This document shows positions 52,581 to 64,000 of a stretch of 64,000 nt of DNA, piece after piece (position 1 is the stretch's first letter; the number at the start of each line of letters is the position of its first letter). The notes under the pieces were generated by a model. The model was not told where the DNA came from. It was given only the letters and a program-made list of their open reading frames with translations, and ran no database searches. A program made the position numbers and the translations under genes. Source of the stretch: Camelus ferus (lineage: Eukaryota); contig NC_045697.1 in the NCBI RefSeq assembly GCF_009834535.1, positions 116,686,001-116,750,000 of the forward strand, in the 5' to 3' direction.

Positions 52581-53359
52581 ACTTTTCTTTTCAGTTCTCC
52601 TCCCTCACTATGGGCAAGAAGAGGGAAGTGCTTGACTATGTCTCTTGATGTTGGAAGACATGTCATGGGGACATTGAAGAAGACAATTTACCCCTTGGAG
52701 GGGCCATGGAGATTGGGAGTATTTCAGACACGGAGAAATCCAATGTGAAACTTCACATGTACATCACCTGTGGAGAGGCGGCCCCATAAGGAGGGGCCTC
52801 CAGGATCAGGAGGAATCAGCCTAAAGTAGTAGAGCAGGGACCCTCCCAACCAGCACTGCAGAGACAGTCACATACGACTGCTGTCACCCTCACCCCCATT
52901 TCCATTTTTTTGTCATATCAGAGTAGCATATAAGAAGGAGACAGGGAGGTGTCTCAGGGACAAGCCACACGCCCCTCCACTTCAAAGACTAAAGCTTGTG
53001 TGGGTTGGGGGAGAGGGTACGAGAGGGCAAGGGTTCTGAGTCAAGTGTGAGATGGAAGTTTTAAGCAAATGAACGGCATCAAGTCCTAATTCCTGGAAGA
53101 GAGATTGTTTCAGTAACTGAAAATGGCTATGGAATTAAGATACTGCTAAGGTAGCCATCACCCAGCTGGAGAAGAAAATTTGATCCCATATTGCTGGTGG
53201 GCAGAGTTGGAAGGAAAAGGTCATCTTGTAATTAAATTCCAACAAATTGAGATTCCTCAATCAGCAAGGATGTTTATAAACAAATTGTTTTTCCCAGCCA
53301 GTCTCCGTGTAATTTTCTTTATGGGCAAGGTTTCAATGACTTTGTAAGTTATCTAGACC

Positions 53360-53525
53360 ACCGATGCCCAAAAGAACTGCCTGTGATGAAAATGTTCTAA
53401 ATACATGCTGTCCAATATGGTACCCAGTAGACACATGTGGCCACTGGGCATTTGCTATGTGGCTTCTGAGAATGAGGAGCTGAACTTTTCATTTTGTTTA
53501 TTTGTAATTGATTTTGACTTGTTTA
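53360..53525. mobile_element. MER3-like hAT-Charlie MITE
   Basis: gtgatgaaaatgttcta...gctgtccaatatggta...cacatgtggccactgggcatttg. Confidence 0.7.
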
Positions 53526-53747
53526 AATATAGATGATATCATGTTACTAGTATCTAAAGCATAAAACAGACTCTTGAAAAAGAACTGGAGTAGAAGCAAG
53601 GGTAAGGAAAAGGAAAGTTGTGTTGATAAGTGTTTTTCTTTTCCTGTGAAATCATTTATTCTTTCTCTAAAGGGTAGTAGAGAAGCATCAGTGTGTACTC
53701 ACTTGACTGGGACTTGTTTTAATCCAATTTAAAGGAAATCTTTACAG

Positions 53748-53992
53748 TTTTTTTTAAACTTTTTTAAAATTGAGTTATAGTCATTTTACAATGTTGTGTC
53801 AAATTCCAGTGTAGAGCACAATTTTTAGTTATACATGAACATACATATATTCATTGTCACATTTTTTTCCCTGTGAGCCACCACAAGATCTTGTGTATAT
53901 TTCCCTGTGCTATACAGGATAATCTTGTTTACATATTCTACATATGCCTGTCAGTATCTACAAATTTCGAACTCCCAGTCTGTTCTTTCCCC
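53748..53992 (-). mobile_element. Short young L1 3'UTR fragment
   Basis: Close reverse complement of ~2820-3030 (ttgagttatagtcattttacaatgttgtgtcaaattccagtgtagagc). Confidence 0.9.
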
Positions 53993-54561
53993 TTTACTAT
54001 TTTTTTTAAAAATAAATCTCATGTTTAATGACTCATTTATTAACTTCAGTGTTGAAAGAATGGAATGCTTGGATTCAAGTCTGCAAGAAACAGCCATAGA
54101 AAATCTTTATTCAAAGATTATTTCCCCACTGGTTATTTTTCCAGAAATATTTGCTTTGACCTTAGAGTAAGGTTAAAAGTCATTGCTTCTCTCTTAAGTT
54201 TCTCATGTTCCTCAATATTGCTGTCTTTCAGTTTGACTGTTTAGATCAAAAAAGAAATAAACCAAGGAGTGAAGGAAGCCAAGACAGCAAAGGACCTTTC
54301 CAGTGCTGGAGAATTTGTCGTGATGCTCCTGCCAAAACTGAGGTGGATACGATGTTGTTCTGATCCACTTTCCAACAGAGATAAAAGAAGCTAGGTTCTG
54401 CTCTCTCTTCTTATGAACATAAACCAATAGTCTGATTATTGTTGTTATTTAGATTAATTGGATGTGTTTCCTTTTGTTACAGTAAACAGAATAGCAGACA
54501 GACTTCCCTGTACTGACAACGCTGTGGTACTAGCATGAGTTAGAAGGAGCCATTCTTCTCC

Positions 54562-54665
54562 TTTTTTTTTTTTCTCTTTCCCTTTTTAGTGGAGATGCTG
54601 GAGATTGAACCCAGGACCTCAAGCATGCTAAGCTTGTGCTCTACCACTGAGCTATACCTTCCCCC
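54562..54665 (-). mobile_element. tRNA-derived SINE (Vic-1-like)
   Basis: Reverse complement gggggaaggtatagctcagtggtagagcacaagcttagcatgcttgaggtcctgggttcaatctccag with A-rich tail. Confidence 0.9.
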
Positions 54666-54950
54666 AGATATAGAAAACAAACTTACGGTGAAGGCGGTGA
54701 GAAGGAATAAATTAGGAGCTTGGAATTAGCAGACACACACTACTATATATAAAATAGATAAACAACAAGGTCCTACTGTACAGCACAGGGAACTATACTC
54801 AATATCTCATAGTAATCTATAATGGAGAAGAATATGAAAAAAAATATTTGTATGTATATGGATGACTGAAACTTGATGCTGTACACCAGACATTAATGAA
54901 ACATTGTAAACTGACTTTATTTCAGTACAAAAAACAGTTTAAAAAATAGA
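54666..54950 (+). mobile_element. Short young L1 3'UTR fragment fused to the SINE head
   Basis: agatatagaaaacaaacttacgg...aaatagataaacaacaaggtcctactgtacagcacagggaac...aaaaaa. Confidence 0.9.
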
Positions 54951-56346
54951 AGAAGGAGCTCTTCTCCCGGACTGCCCACTACTGATAAGAGAACTACAGT
55001 ATGTATTCTTGGCTGACGAAGTCCAATACCCAAGTATGAATACTTTGAATATTTTTACCCAGCAGCTTGGCGCTACATTTTGTAGTGAACTCCTGGTTGG
55101 CTCGGCAGGAAGAATCGGTGCTCAGAAACAGCTGTTGTCAGCAGGGGCCCCAACAAATCTGCCAGGTTGCTTTTGCTCCTGAACGGGAATGCCTTGAGGC
55201 GAGCATCTCCAGTTTGCCACTGTTCACGCCTGGCCCCATCACCTGTTTGGTGTCATCTGAGGGGATTCTGCGTTGGCAACCTTCATTCTACCCAAACTAT
55301 CCTGAAATTCTTCCTGCCAAGGAGGCTCACGGGCAATCTTAGCTGCCCTTAAACATTTCCAGTCCCAGTCACCTACATCCTGCTCTACAGGGCTCCACTT
55401 CGTGGTAACATCGTAAGCTTCTGAACAAATCCAAAGATTTGGGGTGGACGTTTATCCTGCTGTCAGGCAGTCTGGGGTCCCCAGATATTTAACTCCCATC
55501 AATCCATGATTAAAATGAGAGATGCTGGAGAGAAGCCACAGATGGCCCCATTCAGGTCAGTTCCTCTGGGTTCTACCCTTGCAGCAAGTTAGATCAAAAG
55601 CCATTGACCTGGACTATATGAACTTTTCCTATAAAAATGTATTTCCTGAAATAAAATGTAATATTGTGCCCTTGGCTTTATGAATAAGAAAATTTCATCG
55701 ATCGAAGTCTTTATCAAAACACACATGGGTTACAGGTTTTATCCCTGTTGCCAGATCAGGAGTTTGACTCTTGAATTGATATACTTCTTCTTACTCCACT
55801 TGTAACTGTTTTTTTTCATCTTGGCTCTAAGAATTTGAGAATTAACGCTCCTCTCTCTCCGCGGGGTTTCTTGCCTCTCTTTCACTTTTAATGGTTTTCT
55901 GTATGCATGCATATAAATTGGCTTGGAATTGGTTTTCAAGGACCTTCCGAAAGCATATGGCTTAAAAAATGCAAACAAATCATGAAACATGAAACGTCAT
56001 TACAGTCAAATATGCCAATGGCTTTTAAAGAGTTGATCACTCTTGTCTTACTCTTTCTCTCTATTTTAAACAGGAAAAAGCATGGAAAAATCTAATGTTT
56101 TGAGTAATTTTCTTAGGGAAATAACGAAAGTGGTATGCAAAAACTTAGCACAAGAAGCAGTCCTTGAAATGCTGTTTGTAATAATAAAATGAGGACATAT
56201 CTATCTGTATTTATAAAAATACTGGCAATTTGCTAAAGAAATTCATGGATGTCTATCCATGCAGTGGAACATTACCCAGCTATTTGAAAAGAGGTTGCTG
56301 TCCAAGTATTTGTTAGCTGAAAGTTGTTTAGAATATTGTGATTCAA

Positions 56347-56349
<3 letters not shown>

Positions 56350-56403
<54 letters not shown>
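56350..56403. repeat. (TA)n microsatellite, ~27 units
   Basis: Directly visible. Confidence 0.95.
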
Positions 56404-56406
<3 letters not shown>

Positions 56407-58289
56407 TTAGAATTTTTTCTGGTGCACAGAAAAATCTGGAATTATGTATACCAACGCATTAACCATGATTGCTCTGGGAAATTGGATTATAAATTGGAAT
56501 GATATGTATTTCAAATATGTTTCATTTTTGCTTATTTGTGTCTTTCTTTTTTACTCTCTGTAATAAACATGCCTTATTTTAAATAAAAGTTAATAGACTT
56601 CAAATTAAAAACAGAGCCTGTGGTTTGAGATTTTATTGTCCTGAGTGTTTGAAATGGCAGAGGGACGTGACCAGTGGATTGAGTGATCTACAGCCGTCTG
56701 TTGCGGGAACACCAGGCCCAGAGAGGAACTTCAAAGAGCAGCTCCCAGATGAGCCCCGACTGGTCCTTTGATGTGCAGTTTAGCGTCCTCTGCGCACCGT
56801 TTAACAGCTCTTGGTTAGTGACTGCTGCCAAGAAGACAGGATTAGGGACCTACCTGCTCAGTAAAGTAGCTTTGATTTAGTAGAGGTGGAGATCAAGGGA
56901 TTTGTTAATAGATGTGATCCAGAAAGGTCTGTTGTCCTTGTTTTTGACATTTCTGAGAGATTTTTCAGAAAGACTATAGCACACAATAATTCAGCTCGTG
57001 TCTGTAAGATCCATCTGCTTTTAAAATACAGGTACTTGTGGACTTGGAATGAGGGGATTTCATAGTACCTGGGGAAAAAAAAAACCTGGTTCCTAGCAGA
57101 ATAGCAGGCAGAGCCCAAGTTGCCCTGTTGTTACAAGCTAGTCCTTCAAAGCTGTCCATCTTTTATTCTTTTTTACTTCTTTCTGATTCTTTTAAAGTGT
57201 GGGAAATGTTCTAAGTTCCCTGCATCCACTTCTCCATGAGACAGTTTGCACTGACACTTGAGGCTTCCGTTTCAAGAACAGAGTCACTTTTAAACAACCG
57301 GTGTCTTGTCCTTTTCCAGCTAATCCTGACTCGGTCCTTTGGAACACCTGAGAGGGGCGTTTGCCCATCGTCTGGAAATAAAACATTATCGGGCTCACGG
57401 ATGGTGTCTAACTGATGTGCAGGCTGTGAAAGCAAAGGTAGCTATTTGGAGAACGGCTCTGTTCTGGGGAAGAGCGGGAGAAATGTTCTCAAAGCTGTGG
57501 GTGCCATCTGTCTATGGGCTTAGGGAGCCACAAATCAGAGCAGTGGGTCTCATGGTCACTTCAGCTGCAACCTCATTTGGAAAAATCTCTGTCTGTGTCC
57601 GTTCCCAATAGGACGATTAAAGTCCACCTTCCACAGTTTGTGTTATTGTATCTGGTCTGCAAGCTGAAGAGACTGCGTCTTATTTCGATTTTTATTCCCA
57701 ATAGTGCCTAAAATAGGGCTTTTCACGTTGTTCATACAAAAATCCTGCGCTTATAGAATTGACTCAATATTTTTCTTCTTTTTAAGCTAATGAATAAAAC
57801 TTATCAGCTAAAAACAAAATCACTGGCTCAAAGTCATAAGGAAAGAAAGTCTATATAAATTTGATAAACTTGATGGAATGACGCTTCCTTGAAACAGCTC
57901 ACTGTAATCTCTGTGGTTGATGCTCTCATATCAAAAGTCTAAGTATGGAAACCCCTCGCCAGGGATTGGTTTAGGAAAAAGCATATGATCTCATATTACT
58001 TAATAAGACACAAGGAGAGTCAGTTAATGTTCTTTGCGGAAGAAAAATATTTAACATTTTTAAGAAGAAGGTATACTAAGAGATGGTTCATTTCATTCTT
58101 GGACATTATTATATTTATTTATGATAAATAAGAAACTTTCATTGGGTTAATAACATTTCGTTCTACAGATATAACATTTCTGTTTATCCATTAAAATCAG
58201 TTACTAGACATTTGGTTGTTTCCACTTTTGGGCTATTATGAACAATGCTACCATAAATATTCATGTGACTATTATTCATGTGAAAATTA

Positions 58290-59075
58290 GTGCTTTCTTT
58301 TTTACTACACACATAACATTATATTAGTTTCAGGTATACAACGTAACGATTCAATATTTGTATGTACTGCAAAATAATCAACAGGTCAACAACTTCACAT
58401 CCATCACCGTGTTTAGTTATAAATTTTTTTCCTGTGTAATGAAAACTGTTGTCTGCCCCCTTTGCAACTTTCATATATATAATACGGTATTATTAACTGT
58501 AGTCACCATGCTGTGACCCCTTGACTTATTTATTTTACAACTGGAAGTTTGTGCCTTTTGACACCTCCCTTCACTCATTTTGCTCACTGTCCACCCCAAG
58601 GTCCATCCATGTTATTGCAAATGGCAAGATTTCCTTCATTTCATGGCTGAAGAAATTATTTTCTTTATCCATTCATCTGTTGATGGAGCTTAGTTTGCTT
58701 CCATATCTTGGCTATTTGTAAATAATGCTGCAATGAACATAGGGGTCCATATATCTTTTTAAGTTAGTCTTTTCATTTATTTTGGATATATACCCAGCCG
58801 TGGAACGACCAGATCATATAGCAGTTCTATTTTTAATTTTTTGAGGAACCTCCATACTGTTTTCCACAGTGGTTGCACCAATTAACATTCCCACCAACAG
58901 TGCACGAGGGTTCCTTTTTCTCCACACCCTGTCCAACAGATGTTTCTTGCCTTTTTGATAAAAAGCCATTCTGACAGGTGTGAGATGCTATCTCCTTATG
59001 GTTGTGACTTGCATCTCCCCGATGATGAGTGACAATGAGCATCTTTTCATGTGCCTGCTGGGCATCTGTATGTTT
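58290..59075 (-). mobile_element. L1 3' end inserted into an old MLT1 LTR (halves at ~57950-58095 and ~59080-59352)
   Basis: Antisense ORF2 and 3'UTR DNA; flanking duplication tggacattattatat / tggacattatcatat; MLT1-like ends on either side. Confidence 0.75.
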
Positions 59076-59380
59076 TCTGGACATTATCATATCCAGGTGT
59101 GACACTTGGAACTCCTGGAGTTACTTGGGGCCACGTGGGCCCCACTTGAGGGCAAAGACAACGCATGGAGGCTCACATGGAGGTAAAAACAAAGCAGGTC
59201 TTTGATGACTTCATTGAATCACTGCATCAAACAACCTTGTAGGCTGTACTCCCTCAGAAACTCTTTTCATGTGACACCATATATTTCCTTACTAATTAAG
59301 GCAATTTGTATTTGTTATTTTTTGTTACATGTAATTAAATGCATCTTAACACACCCTCTACTGTCATCTCAAGAAATCTG

Positions 59381-60325
59381 GGGGAGGAGATCAGGATCGC
59401 TGAGGGGGAGGACGTGGAGCTCACTTCCCCCAATGAACACATCAAAAAAGACATCTGTGTGTGTTTCCTCACTGAAAACAAACTGGAGACGGGCAGAAAG
59501 ACTTTTCTACAACCAAGGCTGTGAAGAAAGTTCCGCGTGGAGTTGGGTAGGAAGGGAGGAGAAGTGATTGGGTCAGGACTGCTGGGGCACAGAAGAGGAG
59601 GGGGATTACATGGGCTCGGAGGCCTCCCTTGGGGAGTGAGGGGTTCAAACCACACATTGGGCAGTCCAGCCTTCGGGTCTGACACCAGGAATATGAGTAC
59701 CCTTAGCTGGTTTGAAAAACAGTGGTACTTTCAAGAGGCTGTAAGAAACCTAGACTCTGCTTGCTTACTCCTGGGAATGAGGTCGAGGGAGCAGATTGAA
59801 GCTGCCTGTGGCTCTGATGGGTTTCCTGCAACAGCCCCAAAGTGTGTCTCAGCTTGAGCCAAGTGCCTGCCCCAGCCCCTAGCTCTGGAGCAGCTCCCCA
59901 CTGGGACAAAGGCTGCTGCCACCGAGGGGGGTGTACACGTGGGGGGATGGAGTTAGCTCGGACCCTGCACTGCATCTGAATAGCATGGTATAAATGAATA
60001 CAACAAAACAGAAACAAACTTGCAGACACAGAGAACAAACCAGTGGTTACCAGCAAGAAGAGGGAAAGGGGGAGGGACAAGATAGAGGTAGGGAACTGAG
60101 AGGTACAAACTACTGTGTATGAAATAGATAAGCTACAAGGATACACTGTGAAGCACAGGGAACAGAGCCAAGATTTTATACCTTTAAATGGAGTGCCATC
60201 TATAACAATATTGAATCAGTATATTGTACAGCTGAAAGAAATACAGTATTGTAAATCAACTATACTTCAATCAAAAAATTACAAAAGAATAAAATTTCCT
60301 TTTCATAAAAAAGAAAAGAAAAGAA
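59381..60325 (+). mobile_element. Internally deleted L1: 5'UTR joined directly to 3'UTR and A-tail, with no ORF1 or ORF2
   Basis: Starts ggggaggagatcaggatcgctgagggggaggacgtggagctcac (L1 5' end); 3'UTR from ~59990; TSD aagaaatctgg (59371-59381) / aagaaattctgg (60326-60337). Confidence 0.75.
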
Positions 60326-62789
60326 AAGAAATTCTGGAGAAAATACATGTTGTAAGCACAAACCAGGATGGATAACCAAGGATTTCCATCTTTGAGAGCT
60401 TGTGGGTTGAAAAAAAAATACCCTTTAAAAGAAACAAGGCAGATTATTAAAGAGGCCCGATGGGGCTGAAAAACATCATTTGTTATTTTATTTATGTCTC
60501 CATCCCAGATGCTGGAGTGAAGAAAGAAAAGATTTTTGGGTTCAACCCAGAGTTAGGGACTGGTAAAGCAAGTTAAATGGAAGGAAAAGTAGAACAAGGA
60601 ATGGAGCACGCTGGTGCAAAAATAGTTGAGGTCATTTGTCATGTTGCCCTGGCTGGAAAAGGAAGTAAGTGAATCCAGCAGAGGCCAGATGGGCTGAAGG
60701 ATTGGACGTGACCAAGCAGAAGGGGATTTGGATGGTGAGGACAAGTATAATAGTGGTAAACGGGCTGAACGCTACCATCCGTCTTGAAATGAAGGGTCAA
60801 AAATACTATGGCTATAACATTTATTTATATTTATTTACTCATTTATGCAACAAATGTTTCTAGTGGCTTATTATTAGAGCTGAGAGAATCCATTCTCACA
60901 TTTTCAGAAGTTTTGCCCACTTTCAATGGTTAAATCTGAGACCGTTGGTCATCAAAATATTAGCAGTTGTTATGTGTGCATTATAATGGTGATGCTAACA
61001 AGAACTTTTGGAAGAGATATTCCAAGCCAAGCCTTCCTGGGTTCTTGCTGATAGATACCCCATTCCCAAGGACATGTTTCATAGTATCTTGCCCAAGGTT
61101 CTTATCTTAATTTTTAATGTAATAGAGTCCTCAATGCCTCGTGCCAAAAATTAAAATTCTAAATTGGATAAATTTTTATGTCAAATATGAGAAACATATG
61201 TGTGTATCATCCCATGTTGGACAGTCATTTCCAGGCACTTAAACTGACCTTAAGGTTGGAGACATGTTTAATAGAGAAGCCCTGATCCAACTACTTGGAC
61301 CTAAAAACAACAGGCTAGATATTCACATGTCTTTGACCTTAAGCTATTGTCAGCCAATAATGCAGAAAATGAACTGTAATGTTTTCCCCACTATGAGTTT
61401 ATTTCACTCTCCATTTTTATTATTAGATCTTAATATTTACTCTGGTCAAGGGACTACTGGCTGGTCTAAAGATAAAAAATATTAAGACTAACTCCACACC
61501 CGAGGAATTATTGTCTAGTACATGTGTTGATTATAAAAGATTGATTACACATCTCTTACGTAAAGTATTGCAAAGAACGTCATCATCTTCAAATACACGG
61601 TGGCAATGGTGAAGTGTGTATGTGAGGGTGTGTGTGAGGCACTGGTGGAAAGGAAAAATAATGGTTTTTAAAACGTACAAGTAAAATTTTGAGAGATCTC
61701 ATTAGAGTTATGCTGTTGAAGCTGCTGATTAACTTACAATAACTAATTTTTTGAGCAGGTGGGTTTCCTACAGAAAATGACATATATAATTACTCTTGCT
61801 TTTGCCAAGTTTGTTCTCATGGACTTCTGACAATGTGTATGTTAGTAGTGGATTTTTGAATTCCACAGGAATTTGGAAGTAGTTTAAATTACTGATGACA
61901 AGAAATGTATCAAATACAAAAATATTTTTAAAGAAAAATAATATAAACCTCATACATTTTACATTTTTTGTGTGTAGCCTTCTGTTCCAGGTATCACCAG
62001 AGTATTCTTCAATTATTTTCTTTGATAAAATTTTCAAGCCAACCACACATAGGCAGCGGTAAGGAGATGGTGTGATTTCACAGATGCTGGCAAAACCTTT
62101 AACTTATGCAGGGTTTTCTCTCAGCAATGATGCCGGAAATTCACCCCTTTCTCTCCATGAACAAATCATATCCACATTTCACAACCAGTTCAGATGTTAC
62201 CTTCTTACAGACCTTCCGAATCCTTTCCACTGAAAGTGCCTTTCTCTACCATGTCGTGTCTCCATCTACATTCTCAATGATATTGCCCCCAAAGAAGTGA
62301 CTACTGGCTTTTGGTTAGGGGAGGGTGAAAAAGTCTTGGATATTACAATGGTTTGTGGTCCTCCAAAACTCAACTGTCCCCCCTCCCAATCTTATTATGA
62401 AATATTTAATTTCCTGGAGGAGGAGAAAGCAATTAGGAAAAAAGACGGTGGGAAAAGGTTCCTCAGAGGGGTGATAATGAACAAAAGTTTGAGAAACACT
62501 GTTCTACATTGTAAAGTATGTGCATTATTTGTACTTCCTCCCCATCACTATATGTCACTACAGCTTATGTATCTCGAGTGGACTTGAACTATTTGTGTGT
62601 GCGTGTGTGTACCACTGTACCCTGTTCACTGTTCACAATAAACAAAGTCTATTAGCTCTCTTGAGGCCGGGTCTACAGCTTATTCATGGATGTATTTCCC
62701 ATGTGTAGTGTATTTTCCATGTGAGCTAAAAAATCCCCTCATTTTTATATTAGATACAAAATTAAAATAAAGTTCTTTACTGTTTACAA

Positions 62790-63075
62790 AAGAATCTACT
62801 AAAGAAAAACTAAAGAAAGGTTGAAAAAAAAGAGATGTTAAACAAAAAACCCAAGATTAACCAAAAGTGCCTGGTGCAGTGATACTAAACATCAGGCAAA
62901 ATAGATTTTAAAGTAGAATTAACAAAACTTAATCTAAGTGAAGAGGGGTGCTATACAATAATAAACATGATATAGTTGTGTATATACCTACCAACTTAAC
63001 CTTAAAATACATAAAGCAAAAATTAACCTAATTACAAAAAGAAATTAATAAATCTACAACTATAGTGTAGGATAA
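62790..63075 (+). mobile_element. Ancient L1 ORF2 endonuclease-region remnant
   Basis: atcaggcaaaatagattttaaag...aaaatacataaagcaaaaattaac...aaatctacaactatagt. Confidence 0.55.
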
Positions 63076-64000
63076 AAAAACTCATTATTGACTTTAATTT
63101 CCACTCACACACTGTGTCTTATAATCCTCCATGTCTGGCTAGTCCCCCTTCCCCTGCGCCGTCGCCTGAATAAATGGTTATAAGAAGGATTGGGGAAATC
63201 ATTACCATATATCTTTGCTGTGAGGCTGCGGGGTCCTAGCTCACTGGGTTTTTCCTTTCCTTCAGTCAATGAGTTCCAGATGTGAAAACTGGCTCAAGTG
63301 CTGAAACAGGGCCGTGGATCTGATTTTTAATTGTAGGGGCTGCCCGCCTTGGCTTCCCAATCATTCATCCTTGATTTTGATTGTATAAATCTGTGTCATC
63401 CAATACAGTCACTCCATATGGCTTTTCAATTTTAAAAAAGTAGAAAAAAGTTACACCAGCCACACTTCCAGGATTGCTCATTTTCAGAGTCTCTCCACTA
63501 AATCACTGGCAAAAAGTAAACCCTTGAGCTTGCAAAGCTATGGGATTTCTCCGTTTGCTTTCAACTAAACTCACAACTTTCATACGGCAAAGAAAGCATT
63601 TCTTCCCTCTGCCCCCAAATTGAGTCTGCCCTCTGGCAGCAAAACTGCTGGTCATTAATCACCAAGCTTGGGGAAGGAGGGGGCTGTCCCAGGCAAGAGT
63701 CTCTGGCCACAGACTCCCCACTGTCCCAGCAGTTTGTCAAGAAGAAATGCCTTTCAATTTGTTGTTTGCCTTTGGCAATTTCTAATGCCCTAGATTAGTG
63801 CTTTTTGACCCCCCCTCCTACTTTTATATTATTCTTTGGGGAGAGAAATCACTGATCTCTTCACACACTCCCAATCAGAAGTTCCCCCAAGGACATGTTT
63901 TTCAGTTAGTATGGCCATTAACATAGAGTTAATTTCTCAGGCGGATAATGCCATTGATACAAGTGCCTATTACATAGATGAAATAAAATCATACCACTTA

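Noticed and set aside
52600..53250. Possible ancient LTR (LTR78/85-like)
   Set aside because: Resemblance too weak to list as a feature without a Dfam search.
61991..62058. Possible + strand coding exon (VSPEYSSIIFFDKIFKPTTHRQR; ttccag| ... cg|gtaagg)
   Set aside because: Splice signals are plausible, but I found no partner exons or recognisable protein; within chance expectation.
63625..63643. CTCF-like motif ctgccctctggcagc
   Set aside because: Mismatch at a core position and no supporting evidence.
1..64000. CRISPR arrays, operons, rRNA genes or prokaryotic systems
   Set aside because: Mammalian repeat-rich DNA; no repeat-spacer array or gene-dense structure seen.

Overview
Mammalian, AT-rich, repeat-dense DNA, most likely camelid (alpaca/llama/camel), inferred from two tRNA-Ala-like Vic-1-type SINEs and many copies of one young L1 3' end. 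I could not support any intact protein-coding gene. Most ORF-track entries are L1 ORF2 remnants, their antisense shadows, or chance ORFs in GC-rich LTR/L1-UTR sequence. The only gene-derived sequence I recognise is a 5'-truncated, disabled processed pseudogene of FUS (about 42657-43219). The rest is layered L1/L2/MIR, ERV/MaLR LTRs and hAT/Tigger DNA-transposon relics. Family names are from recalled consensus sequences and need RepeatMasker/Dfam confirmation; many boundaries are approximate. The most notable observations are: (1) a ~950-bp TSD-flanked L1 made only of 5'UTR plus 3'UTR with both ORFs missing; (2) a head-to-head SINE/L1 chimera inside a single TSD; (3) several local GC/CpG peaks in which old repeats show AT->GC-biased substitutions, suggesting GC-biased gene conversion; (4) a possible L1-retroposed ERV mRNA fragment; (5) scattered splice-site-bounded unique segments that may be lncRNA or pseudogene exons. 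I found no clear new biological system; the findings are mainly retrotransposition and recombination footprints.
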